This document shows, piece after piece, positions 9,571-19,037 of a stretch of 64,000 bases of DNA (positions are counted from its first letter, which is position 1; each line of letters opens with the position of its first letter). The notes beneath the pieces are model-generated. The model was not told the origin of the DNA. It saw nothing but the letters and a program-made list of their open reading frames with translations, and did not search any database. Both the position numbers and the translations under genes were made by a program. Location of the stretch: NCBI GenBank assembly GCA_041742135.1, contig JBGSJG010000004.1, forward strand, positions 299,773 through 363,772, read 5' to 3'. This stretch comes from Patescibacteria group bacterium. Its GTDB lineage: Bacteria > Patescibacteriota > Microgenomatia > UBA8517.

Positions 9571-10535
9571 TACACTCCGCGTGTTGTCCCTCTTTTTTTA
9601 ATTAGTCCTTGGTCGGCAAGCTTTTTCAAATCATATCTTAGCGTCCGGTCGTTGACTTTAAGAAACCGTCTTTTTATCTGATCAAACTGCATAAGTTTCT
9701 GATCACGAATAAGGTTATAAATCTCGGCGCGTCTCGGCAGTAGATAATCTGTAACATCCGATTCACGTTTTGACAAAACCAACTCTTTTGATTTTTCAGC
9801 CGTGTCAGCAATTGCCGTAAGCATGAAAATTAAATAGTCGGTCGCGTCTTTTTCTGGCTCTTCCAGCATTCGGTAATATTCGCTTCTGTGGCCATCGATA
9901 TATTCTTCAAGAGGTAAGATGCCTTTCATGCCGTATCCTCCCTGAATTAATACTTTTTGAAGCAAAAGTCTACCTACGCGGCCTGAGCCATCCAGAAAGG
10001 GATGAATCTTCTCGAAAGTAAAGTGGGCCAAAGCAGCCTTTACTGGAATAAATTTTTCCTTATCACTGTTTATATATTTTATTAATCTGTTAACAAGCGC
10101 AGGGACTTGCTTTGGTGGAGGCGGCATGTAGATTGCAATCCCTGCTGAATTAAAGATTGCCTCCATATTGCGGCGCAATCTTCCAAGCGTGTCGGGCTCG
10201 ACTAGGCCTTTCATCGCAATTTCGTGAAGAGAAAGGATTTCTTTTACTGAAATATCACGAGAGCTTTTTTGGTTTAAGTAATTCAAAGCCTTCAAAACGT
10301 TCATGACTTCGAGCTTCTTTTGAGTTTCCGAGGAGCGCGCTAAGTCATCAAGAGTCAGAGGATTGCCTTCAACACGAGCTGAGAAGAGAGAGCTTTTGAG
10401 AGTGGAGTTTCTTCTGATATTATTTTCCACTTCGGGAGGGATTGGGAAAGAGTCGATTACTTGGCGGCTGGCTTCTATCGAAGACAGAAGAGTGGTGATC
10501 TCAGGGACGAGCCTATATCTAGGCGGAATAATCAT
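9555..10535 (-). CDS. Fic family protein (AMPylator-type) with C-terminal winged-helix
   Basis: Fic motif 'HPFLDGSGRVGRLL' (HxFx(D/E)GNGRxxR) and a C-terminal wHTH-like region (RTLRYDLKKLADQGLIKKRGTTRGVYY). Confidence 0.85.
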   Translation of the reverse strand: MIIPPRYRLVPEITTLLSSIEASRQVIDSFPIPPEVENNIRRNSTLKSSLFSARVEGNPLTLDDLARSSETQKKLEVMNVLKALNYLNQKSSRDISVKEILSLHEIAMKGLVEPDTLGRLRRNMEAIFNSAGIAIYMPPPPKQVPALVNRLIKYINSDKEKFIPVKAALAHFTFEKIHPFLDGSGRVGRLLLQKVLIQGGYGMKGILPLEEYIDGHRSEYYRMLEEPEKDATDYLIFMLTAIADTAEKSKELVLSKRESDVTDYLLPRRAEIYNLIRDQKLMQFDQIKRRFLKVNDRTLRYDLKKLADQGLIKKRGTTRGVYYESA

Positions 10536-10642
10536 AAATCACTTTACCAGATATGGCCTAATTTGGCCAGATGTGTCCTAATGTTACCCAATGCTATACT
10601 TTGCTTGTGAAGTATTTGTACTTTTCTAATCTTTCATCGGAG

Positions 10643-11311
10643 TTGCATTTAGCGCATTTTGTGGCTACTCGCGAGGCGGGCAACGTGAGTTTCTCGGTTG
10701 GTGATGATCCCAAGAAAGTATTGATTAATCGCGAAAATATCGCGAAGGATTTCGGTGTTTCGCTTGACGCCTTCACAGTCGCTGGCCTTGTGCATGGAAA
10801 CCATGTTGTAAAAGTTAGCGCAAAAACGCGAGGCCGTGGATCCACGAGCCCTCAAACGGTAATTCCCGAGACGGACGCAATGATCACAAATACCCCAGAT
10901 ATATTACTGATGGTTCCGGTTGCCGACTGTGTGCCAATTTTATTTTTTGATCCGATCAAAAAAGCCATAGGGATTGCTCATGCTGGCTGGCGAGGAACAC
11001 TCAAGGAGATTGCTAAGGCAACCGTTAACAAGCTTCACCAAGAATTTAACTGCAACGCGAGTGACATTAAAGTTGGGATAGGCCCGGCAATATGCGTGAG
11101 ACATTACGAGGTTGATGAGGCAGTTTTGCCGGGCGCTCGAGGCAATTTTGATCTGGTTGCCGCCAACAAAATTCAACTTCTAGACACTGGAGTAAAGCCG
11201 CAAAATATTGAAATCATGCCCTACTGCACTTTTGAGCGTACGGATCTTTTTTACTCTCATAGGGCGGAAAAATCTACTGGCCGCTTCGCCACTGGTATAA
11301 TACTTCTGTAG
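10643..11311 (+). CDS. YfiH/PgeF (DUF152) laccase-domain purine nucleoside phosphorylase / peptidoglycan editing factor
   Basis: Family motifs 'FSVGDDP', 'HGNHVVKV', 'DAMITNTP', 'PVADCVPILFFD', 'IAHAGWRGT', 'FYSHR'. The listed ORF starts at 10571, but the homologous region begins near TTG 10643 or GTG 10661. The start is therefore uncertain. Confidence 0.78.
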   Translation: MHLAHFVATREAGNVSFSVGDDPKKVLINRENIAKDFGVSLDAFTVAGLVHGNHVVKVSAKTRGRGSTSPQTVIPETDAMITNTPDILLMVPVADCVPILFFDPIKKAIGIAHAGWRGTLKEIAKATVNKLHQEFNCNASDIKVGIGPAICVRHYEVDEAVLPGARGNFDLVAANKIQLLDTGVKPQNIEIMPYCTFERTDLFYSHRAEKSTGRFATGIILL

Positions 11312-11312
11312 G

Positions 11313-11912
11313 ATGAGAAAACATCCAATCCTGTTTTTGCTGGGTTTTGCAGCTGGCTATTTGCCGGTTCTTTTTTTGTTGTCGCGTGCTAGCTCCAGCC
11401 CTGCGACTGTGTTGGCGGATGAGCCGGCACCTGAAATTATAAGTGTGACACTTGAAACTCACGCGCCCGAGGAAACTGTGGAGCCAGTAGTTTTAGCGGT
11501 AGCCGAGGAGGCGACAACTCCTAGACCGACAGAGTCTCCCACACCTGCACCTCCCACACCTGCACCTTCCACGCCGTCGCCTACAGCTTCACCAGAACCG
11601 ACGCCAACTCCAGACGTCTGGTCGCCTCCGGCGATCGAGCCGATATTTGCCAACTATGCTGGAATGTATAGCGTAGATAAAAATATTTTAGAGCGACTTG
11701 CGAACTGTGAAAGCCATTTTAACGAAAATGCTCAAAATGGCGATTATCTTGGAATGTTTCAATTTTCCACTTCAACTTGGATGAGTTATAGAATGCGCAT
11801 GGGCCTAGACGCAAATCCTGATTTACGCACAAATATCGAAGAATCCATCAAAACTGCGGCATATGTCATTCAGCAACAAGGCGTTTCTCCTTGGCCGAGC
11901 TGCCTAAGGTAG
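11313..11912 (+). CDS. secreted Pro-rich protein with Rpf-like transglycosylase-like domain
   Basis: Signal/TM segment, then a PTPAPPTPAPSTPSP linker. C-terminal 'CESHFNENAQNGDYLGMFQFSTSTW' matches the transglycosylase-like (Rpf) signature 'CESGGN...GGLQFS.STW'. Confidence 0.6.
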   Translation: MRKHPILFLLGFAAGYLPVLFLLSRASSSPATVLADEPAPEIISVTLETHAPEETVEPVVLAVAEEATTPRPTESPTPAPPTPAPSTPSPTASPEPTPTPDVWSPPAIEPIFANYAGMYSVDKNILERLANCESHFNENAQNGDYLGMFQFSTSTWMSYRMRMGLDANPDLRTNIEESIKTAAYVIQQQGVSPWPSCLR

Positions 11913-11981
11913 CTAATTCATGGCTAATTTGGTAAAATAGTTCTTCCAGGAAGCCTCCTTGAGGTTTTTTTGGCCTAAATT

Positions 11982-13784
11982 ATGGAAAAAAGCATACGTA
12001 ACGTTGCAGTTATTGCTCACGTTGATCATGGTAAAACAACTTTGGTGGATGCGATTCTTAAGCAATCGCATGTTTTTCGTGAGAATCAGGAAGAAATGCA
12101 GCAAACCCAGATCATGGATAAGAATGAACTGGAGCGCGAGCGTGGAATTACCATTTTGGCCAAAAATTGTGCCATCGATTTTGGTGATGTAAAAATTAAT
12201 ATTATTGACACTCCCGGTCACGCTGATTTTTCAGGTGAAGTTGAGCGAACTCTTGGTATGGCGGATGGGGCGCTTCTTATTGTTGACGCTCAAGAAGGCC
12301 CAATGCCTCAGACAAGGTTTGTGCTTAAAAAAGCACTTGAGCTGGGCCTCAAAATTATTGTCGTTATAAATAAAATTGATAAAAAATTTGCAGACCCAAT
12401 TGCAACGCTTAGCAAAGTGGAAACTTTGTTTTTAGAGCTGGCAAGCTTTGAAGCACAGCTTGATTTTCCGGTTGTTTACGCTATTGGGAGGCGCGGTGTG
12501 GCTTTCCATGAGCTTCCGAGTGATCCAGAGGCAGCTGGGGACATTTTGCCACTTCTTACAACTATCGTAAAAGAAGTTCCGGAAGCCGAAGTTTTGGAAG
12601 GTAGTTTTAAAATGGTTGTAAGCTCGATTGAGAGCGATGCACATTTAGGCCGTATTTTGATTGGAAAAGTTCACCAAGGCGTAGTAAAGCGAGGAATGAA
12701 AGTTGTCGTTGCTCATGAGCAAATGCGTGTTCTAACGATTGAGAAATTGTTTGTGTACCACGGGCTTGGCAAAGAGGAAGTGGCAGAGGCAGGAAGCGGC
12801 GAGATTGTGGCTTTTTCTGGGGTTGAGGCAAAAATCGGAGATACAATAGCTGATCCAGCGGACTCGGAAGCTCTCCCGGCTATAGCAATTGGTGAGCCAA
12901 CACTTCATATGACAATCGGACCAAATACTTCGCCTTTTGCTGGCCGTGAAGGCAAGTTTGTAAACGGCAGGCAAATCGAAGAGAGGCTTACGCACGAGCT
13001 TGAAAGTAACTTAAGCATGCGAATGGAAAAGTTGGGAAATGGAAAGTATAAAGTTTCCGGTCGTGGCGAGCTCCACCTTTCGATCCTTCTTGAAACGATG
13101 CGCCGCGAAGGCTATGAAATGGAAGTTGGCAAGCCAGAAGTCATAACAAAAGTTATCGATGGTGAAACCTGCGAGCCTTGGGAAGAAGTTTCTGTGATTG
13201 TGCCGGCTGAGTTTACCGGAGTAATTACCGAGGAATTCGGTAAAAGGTATGCCAAGATGGTTCGAATGGAACCAGTAAATGAAGACGTGGAGTTTATTTA
13301 TCACATGCCAACCCGTGCTCTCATAGGGCTTCGCAGTTATTTATTAACAGCTACGAAAGGAACTGTCGTCATGAGTTCTGTGTTTTTGGCGTTTGAGCCG
13401 ATGGGTAAGCCTCTTCCAAAAATTCGGAGGGGAGTGCTTATTGCTAGCCAAAGTGGTGAAGCGCTGTCGTATGGCTTGGAAAATGCTCAAGGACGGGGAG
13501 TGTTGTTTGTGGGCCCCGCAGAGGCCGTTTATGAAGGCATGGTAGTAGGTGCCAACTCTAAAGACGAAGATATTCCAGTAAACGTTTGTAAAGGTAAAAA
13601 ATTGACGAATATGCGCTCAAAAAGCTCTGACGGCGTAGTACAGTTAACTCCGCCCACCAAGCTTTCTTTGGAGCAATCTCTGGATTTCTTGGAGAATGAT
13701 GAGCTTTTGGAAATTACGCCTCTTAATACGCGTCTTCGCAAAAAGTTTTTAAGTGAACTTGAGCGCAAAAGACACAGAGCGTGA
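11982..13784 (+). CDS. typA: translational GTPase TypA/BipA
   Basis: 600 aa with G1 'AHVDHGKTT', G3 'DTPGHADF', G4 'NKID' and EF-G-like domains. Confidence 0.93.
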   Translation: MEKSIRNVAVIAHVDHGKTTLVDAILKQSHVFRENQEEMQQTQIMDKNELERERGITILAKNCAIDFGDVKINIIDTPGHADFSGEVERTLGMADGALLIVDAQEGPMPQTRFVLKKALELGLKIIVVINKIDKKFADPIATLSKVETLFLELASFEAQLDFPVVYAIGRRGVAFHELPSDPEAAGDILPLLTTIVKEVPEAEVLEGSFKMVVSSIESDAHLGRILIGKVHQGVVKRGMKVVVAHEQMRVLTIEKLFVYHGLGKEEVAEAGSGEIVAFSGVEAKIGDTIADPADSEALPAIAIGEPTLHMTIGPNTSPFAGREGKFVNGRQIEERLTHELESNLSMRMEKLGNGKYKVSGRGELHLSILLETMRREGYEMEVGKPEVITKVIDGETCEPWEEVSVIVPAEFTGVITEEFGKRYAKMVRMEPVNEDVEFIYHMPTRALIGLRSYLLTATKGTVVMSSVFLAFEPMGKPLPKIRRGVLIASQSGEALSYGLENAQGRGVLFVGPAEAVYEGMVVGANSKDEDIPVNVCKGKKLTNMRSKSSDGVVQLTPPTKLSLEQSLDFLENDELLEITPLNTRLRKKFLSELERKRHRA

Positions 13785-14884
13785 ACAAAAAAATAATCGC
13801 AGCAATTTTTCTGTTAGTCACCGTTATTGTTTCTGCTGTCTTGCTTTTGCTAAACAAGCCTCGACCTGCTCTTGAAACCAAATTTGCCCCTGCCAGCTCA
13901 TCTGTGCCAATTGCGTCAGCTACGCAGGGCATTGGATACAAAAATCCGCCTGAAAGCGTAAACTTGGGTTCACTCAACCACACTTATCAAACATTTAATA
14001 ACTGCGGACCCGCAACGCTTTCTATGGCTTTAGGGTGGCTTGGGAAAAACGTTTCTCAAAAAGAATTGGGAGATAAAATGCGCCCGTGGCAGGTTGAAGA
14101 TGGTGATAACGACGACAAATCAATTTTCACCAGCGAGTTCGTGGATTGGGCGCATGAGTATGGTTTTGAGGCTCTTGCCCGCCCGAACGGGGACATTGAA
14201 ACTTTGAAGCGCTTTACGGCCAACGGCATTCCGGTTGTTGTTAAAACGTATTTGCATTTAAATGATGACATTGGCCACTTCCGAATCGTCAAAGGTTTCG
14301 ATGAGCGCGAGCAAGTAATCATTCAAGACGACTCGTTTGAAGGGCCTAATCGCCGCATCTCGTACTTCGATTTTTTGAGTCTTTGGCAGCCATTTCATTA
14401 CGTTTACATTATTGTTTACACTCCGGAACAATCAGAACTTGTGAACGCGATCTTGGCCGAGGCGGCCATTGAGGAAAATTCTTGGGAAAGCTTAATTACG
14501 CGTTCCAAAAAAGAGGCGCAGCTTACTCCAGATAGCGTATATCCAATTTTCAATATCGCAGTAGCAAGCTATTATCTTGGAGATTATGAAAAGACGGTGG
14601 AGTCTTTCGAGAAAGTAGAAGGACGCCTTCCCAAAAGAATGCTTTGGTATCAGCTTGAGCCTTTATTGGCTTACCAAAAACTTGGGCAACACGACAAGAT
14701 ATTTAGCATTTCGGAGAAGATTTTAAATGGCGGCAATAGAGCGTATTCTGAGCTTTATCAAATTAGAGGAGAGATATATTTGGCACAGGGAAACCGAGAC
14801 GCCGCAAGGGAAGAATATCAGAAGGCTGTGAGCTATAATGTTAATTACGAAGCAGCAAAAACTGCTCTTCGTGATTTACAATGA
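13781..14884 (+). CDS. secreted peptidase C39-like domain protein with C-terminal TPR
   Basis: N-terminal TM/signal, then 'NNCGPATLSMALGWLG', which is the Cys motif of C39-like (papain-fold) peptidases. C-terminal TPR-like repeats follow (YYLGDYEKTVESFEK...IYLAQGNRDAAREEYQKAV). Confidence 0.55.
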   Translation: MNKKIIAAIFLLVTVIVSAVLLLLNKPRPALETKFAPASSSVPIASATQGIGYKNPPESVNLGSLNHTYQTFNNCGPATLSMALGWLGKNVSQKELGDKMRPWQVEDGDNDDKSIFTSEFVDWAHEYGFEALARPNGDIETLKRFTANGIPVVVKTYLHLNDDIGHFRIVKGFDEREQVIIQDDSFEGPNRRISYFDFLSLWQPFHYVYIIVYTPEQSELVNAILAEAAIEENSWESLITRSKKEAQLTPDSVYPIFNIAVASYYLGDYEKTVESFEKVEGRLPKRMLWYQLEPLLAYQKLGQHDKIFSISEKILNGGNRAYSELYQIRGEIYLAQGNRDAAREEYQKAVSYNVNYEAAKTALRDLQ

Positions 14885-16599
14885 AAAAGCTAATTTTAGG
14901 AGTTTTATTTTTACTAGTTTTTGCCTTCCCCAGCAGAGCTTCAGCCCAGGTGGCTCCTTATGTGATCGATGATTTTAGCTCGGAAATTACAATTAACCAA
15001 GACAGCTCAGTAACAGTCAAAGAAACAATAGACGTTACATTTAATCAAAACCGCCACGGAATTTATCGAGATATTCCGGTTGTTTATCACACCCAAGAGA
15101 AAACTATAAATTCAAAACTACGTGTTATCTCGGTCAACGAAGAGTATGAAACAAGCCGTGAGGGTGACTATATTCGAATCAAAATTGGCGATCCTGATGA
15201 ATATGTTTTGGGTAAAAAGACTTACGAGATTGTTTACAGAGCAAGAAACATAATTCAAAGATTTGAGGACCACGACGAGCTTTATTGGAATGTGGCCGGA
15301 GATGGATGGGACACTTCGCTGGGCTCAGTAGAAGCTTCGGTAATCTCGGACTTTGCAAGCATTTCCAATATCCAATGCTTTGAGGGACAAGTCGGAGTAA
15401 CCACAAAGTGTGAAGAGCTTAGCCACGACGCCAAGAGCGCCAATTTTACAGCGGGAACAAATCTTGGTATGGGTCGAGATATGACCATTGTTGTTGCACT
15501 TGACCGCAATAATTCAATCAACTTTGGTGCCACTTTATCCGACCAAATCAGTGACTATTGGGGGTATCCAGTAGTTTTTGTACCATTTCTTTTGATGTTT
15601 TACTTTTGGTACAAAAAGGGCCGAGACGAGCGGCTGGTTGGCGATAACATTTACTACGAGCCAGACAAAAAGCAAACCGAGACAACTCCAATGTTTAACA
15701 AAAGAGAATTTTTACCGATGGTTTATTCACCAATTGCTGGTCTCACACCTTCGGAAGTCGGCACTTTGATTGACGAGCGAGTTGATATCCACGACGTTGT
15801 CGCTGAAATTGTGGAATTGGGAAGACTAGGCTACCTAAAAATTGAAAAAATAAACAAGAAACTAGCTAAAGACGATTATCTAATTAAAAGATTAAAAGAA
15901 GATAGCGGAAAGCTTCGTGAATATCAGAAGTATCTTTTTGAGTCGATTTTTGAGTATGGGGAAAACGGCGAGGTAAAGCTATCGGAGCTGAAAAAGAAGT
16001 TTTACACCAAGCTTGAAAAATTCAAAAATAAGCTTTATGCACACGTTGCGTCGGAAGGCTTTTTCTTTGCAGACCCGAATCGCGTGAGGGCTTTGTGGAT
16101 CGTGTCGGCAATAGCCATAGAGGCGGTGACGTTTGGGTTGGCAATATTGTTTTTCACTCAAAATTACGATTTTTTGCCGATAATAATAAATTCGGTTTTG
16201 GCAATTCCAGCTGTTATTCTGGCCTTCGGCATGCCTCGCAAAACCGCTAAAGGGTATGCGATGTACAGGCAAAGCGAAGGGCTAAAGTTTTATTTAGGCA
16301 AAGGCAAGTGGCGAGAGGAAATAAAAGAGAAGCAACTTTTCTTGGATGAAATTTTGCCATTGGCAATTGCACTTGGAGTTGTCAACAAATTGGCTCGCGA
16401 CATGCAGGAGCTAGGTGTGAAAGAGCCAAGCTATATGAGTATGGGCGGGTTGGCTTGGGCAAGCTCGATTAATAGTTTTAACTCAGCCGCAGCAACCACC
16501 ATGGCTCCTCCAAGCTCTTCTGGTGGGTACTCGGGAGGATCTGGGTTTTCAGGCGGAAGCGGCGGTGGTTTTGGTGGCGGCGGTGGTGGAAGCTGGTAG
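14881..16599 (+). CDS. DUF2207 family membrane protein
   Basis: Signal peptide, a large extracytoplasmic domain, several TM helices and the characteristic Gly-rich C-terminus 'GGSGFSGGSGGGFGGGGGGSW'. Confidence 0.65.
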   Translation: MKKLILGVLFLLVFAFPSRASAQVAPYVIDDFSSEITINQDSSVTVKETIDVTFNQNRHGIYRDIPVVYHTQEKTINSKLRVISVNEEYETSREGDYIRIKIGDPDEYVLGKKTYEIVYRARNIIQRFEDHDELYWNVAGDGWDTSLGSVEASVISDFASISNIQCFEGQVGVTTKCEELSHDAKSANFTAGTNLGMGRDMTIVVALDRNNSINFGATLSDQISDYWGYPVVFVPFLLMFYFWYKKGRDERLVGDNIYYEPDKKQTETTPMFNKREFLPMVYSPIAGLTPSEVGTLIDERVDIHDVVAEIVELGRLGYLKIEKINKKLAKDDYLIKRLKEDSGKLREYQKYLFESIFEYGENGEVKLSELKKKFYTKLEKFKNKLYAHVASEGFFFADPNRVRALWIVSAIAIEAVTFGLAILFFTQNYDFLPIIINSVLAIPAVILAFGMPRKTAKGYAMYRQSEGLKFYLGKGKWREEIKEKQLFLDEILPLAIALGVVNKLARDMQELGVKEPSYMSMGGLAWASSINSFNSAAATTMAPPSSSGGYSGGSGFSGGSGGGFGGGGGGSW

Positions 16600-16606
16600 T
16601 ATATAA

Positions 16607-17701
16607 TTGCCCATGGCCCAGACGATAAAGTGTAAAGAATGTGGTGCTGAGATTGAGGTTTCTGAAGCCCTGACACACCAGCTCGAAGAGCAAATAAAAG
16701 CCTCGGTTGAAGCTAAAAACAAAAATCTTCTTGATGAATACAAAGCCGAGGTTGAGAAAAAAGCTGCACGCGACATTGTTGATGAAAAAGCGCGAAACGC
16801 AAAACTAGCCAAACAGGTAGATGATCTTCTGGACGAAATTCGCGCGCTCCGAAGACGCGATGAAGAGCGCGAGATTGAAATGAAGAAAAAGCTTTTTGAT
16901 GAAGAAGAAAAAATAAGACTTGAAGCGGCGAAGCGCTACGAAGAAGAGCACAAGCTGAAAGATCTTGAAAAAGATAAAAAAATTAATGATCTTCGGGAGG
17001 CTTTGGAAGCTGCTCAGAAAAAGGCCACACAAGGCTCACAGCAAACTCAAGGTGAATCGCTTGAGCTTGAGCTTGAAGAGAGGCTTCGCGCGGAGTTTCC
17101 GATGGATGAAATTTCGGAAGTTAAAAAAGGTGTGCGCGGAGCTGATATTGTTCAAGCCGTTCGCGACAAATATGGCAGAAGCTGCGGCACTATTTTGTGG
17201 GAAAGCAAAAACGCGAAGTGGTCGCACACATGGATTTCAAAACTAAAAGAAGACAAGATGCAAGCGAAGGCAGATATCGCGGCTCTTATTACGGTTGATC
17301 TGCCGGAGGGCTTGGAGACATTTAAATATGACGACCGCGGGGTTTGGATTGTAGATTGGAGACATTTTATTTCATTGGCATTTGCCCTGAGATACAACCT
17401 AGTAGTACTTAACAACGAGAGGACAAAGCAAGATGGCAAAGACGAGAAAATGGAAGTAATGTACAACTATCTTACAGGTAACGAGTTTAGAGATAAAGTT
17501 GAGGGGATAATCGAGTCGTACGATTTATTGCGTGAAGACATAGAAAGGGAGAAAAGATGGTATCAGGCAAAATGGTCGAGGCAAGAAAAAATTATCGGAA
17601 AAATAATTGGCAACACCTCATCGATGTATGGAGACTTGAAGGGGGTAATTGGCCATGATCTACCTCAAATCAAAACTTTGGAATTGCCTGAACCAGAATA
17701 A
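16607..17701 (+). CDS. DUF2130 family protein (N-terminal C4 zinc ribbon, coiled coil)
   Basis: 'IKCKECGAEIEV' N-terminus, a long E/K-rich coiled coil and a C-terminal 'CGTILWESKNAKWSHTWISKL' motif that I recall from DUF2130. Confidence 0.55.
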   Translation: MPMAQTIKCKECGAEIEVSEALTHQLEEQIKASVEAKNKNLLDEYKAEVEKKAARDIVDEKARNAKLAKQVDDLLDEIRALRRRDEEREIEMKKKLFDEEEKIRLEAAKRYEEEHKLKDLEKDKKINDLREALEAAQKKATQGSQQTQGESLELELEERLRAEFPMDEISEVKKGVRGADIVQAVRDKYGRSCGTILWESKNAKWSHTWISKLKEDKMQAKADIAALITVDLPEGLETFKYDDRGVWIVDWRHFISLAFALRYNLVVLNNERTKQDGKDEKMEVMYNYLTGNEFRDKVEGIIESYDLLREDIEREKRWYQAKWSRQEKIIGKIIGNTSSMYGDLKGVIGHDLPQIKTLELPEPE

Positions 17702-17723
17702 GTATTTGCAAATAATTCACGGT

Positions 17724-17737
17724 GGGATTACAATCCC
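17724..17737 (+). terminator. perfect 6-bp hairpin (GGGATT-AC-AATCCC) 23 nt after DUF2130 stop
   Basis: Seen directly in the sequence. No downstream U-tract, so intrinsic-terminator status is weak. Confidence 0.25.
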
Positions 17738-18146
17738 GGTATGTCAGCCGAGAATATTCATGGGATACCAGGTTTATCTGATATCAGGATGACAACTGTG
17801 GGTATCAGAGATGAATTTCCAGTCGCTGAAGTTAACATTTCTCTTTTTGGAGCTAATCGTACGAAACCGCACTTGAGATTTCTCTCAGAACAAGTAGCCG
17901 GAAAAATTTGCGCATCGTGCCCTTTAAATTCACTCCAAGGCTTTCAAGTAGGTGACAAAAAGCTAACATGCGGTGGTGTTACTTTTGGAGTAGTTCAGGA
18001 TAGACGGGAAAGCTCACAGCCTGAAGCTTTTGTTATATCAGGAGAACCTATGGGTGAGCAAGAGTGGCGTGATTTGTGTGCAGCTAGAAGCTTTCCATGT
18101 GAACCAAGGGCAACCTTCAATCCGGAAGATTACCGAAGAGGATAAC

Positions 18147-18962
18147 TTAATAATCAAACTCTTGCCAGTCAGTGACAAGAAGCCTGTCAGATTGTGGAAT
18201 GGCATTCATCTTATCAATATCTTGCGGCTCCATTTGCCAATTCAATGAATTAAAGTTGTCTTTGATGCGCTCTGGCGTCTTGCTTTTAGGAATTGCTACG
18301 ATCCCGCGACTAACAATCCAGTTTAAAATTACCTGAGCAGGGGAGACCCCGTATTTTTGGGACAATTCTACAACTGTCGGGTTTTGTAGCTCCGCGCCGC
18401 GGCCAAGAGGCGAGTACGCAGTGACTAAAATATTTTTTGAATCACAATAATTTTTAAGTTCCATCTGATTAAAAGATGGATGAAGCTCGACTTGGTTATT
18501 TACGATTTGGCAGCCTTTTGCCATCACGTCTTCAATATGGTGAATTGTAAAATTCGAAACACCGTAAGCGCGAATTGTTCCTTTTGCTTGAAGTTCCGCC
18601 ATTGCACTAAAAGTTTCATCAATTGAAATTAAATGGTTTGGCCAATGAACCAACAAAAGATCAATGTAGGGGATTTGAAGCTCACTTAAAAATCGGTCTA
18701 CACTTTCTAAAACCTTGGGATGCTCCAAATCACTGTGCCACACTTTAGTGGTGATAAAAAGCTCCTCGCGGGCTATTCCACTATTTTTAATGGCTTGCCC
18801 CACCTCGTGGTGATTGCCATATCTATCCGCTGTGTCGATGTGGCGATAGCCAATTTCAAGAGCGCTTGCTACTCCAATTGAGCAGTCCGCCCCAGTAAGT
18901 TCCCAAGTTCCAAAGCCCAAAGCTGGAATGTTCACGCCATCAGTTAATCTAAACGTTTTCAT
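18147..18962 (-). CDS. aldo/keto reductase (DkgA-like)
   Basis: AKR motifs 'LGFGTWE', 'IDTADRYGNHHEVGQA', 'LLVHWP' and 'AYSPLGRG'. I chose the start at MKTFRL (18962) rather than 18989. Confidence 0.85.
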   Translation of the reverse strand: MKTFRLTDGVNIPALGFGTWELTGADCSIGVASALEIGYRHIDTADRYGNHHEVGQAIKNSGIAREELFITTKVWHSDLEHPKVLESVDRFLSELQIPYIDLLLVHWPNHLISIDETFSAMAELQAKGTIRAYGVSNFTIHHIEDVMAKGCQIVNNQVELHPSFNQMELKNYCDSKNILVTAYSPLGRGAELQNPTVVELSQKYGVSPAQVILNWIVSRGIVAIPKSKTPERIKDNFNSLNWQMEPQDIDKMNAIPQSDRLLVTDWQEFDY

Positions 18963-19037
18963 TAATGGCCAGTGTAGCAGAAAGCTCAATCTAGGGTCAA
19001 ATGGCTTATTTACCCATAAATATGAGATAATTGCGGT

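Noticed and set aside
17702-18146. RNase P RNA or tmRNA in the long convergent gap
   Set aside because: By eye I found no GGAAAGUCCGG / ACAGAANCCGGCUUA (P4) elements, no tRNA-like T-arm (GGUUCGANUCC) and no CCA terminus on either strand. The region is kept only as an unassigned candidate.
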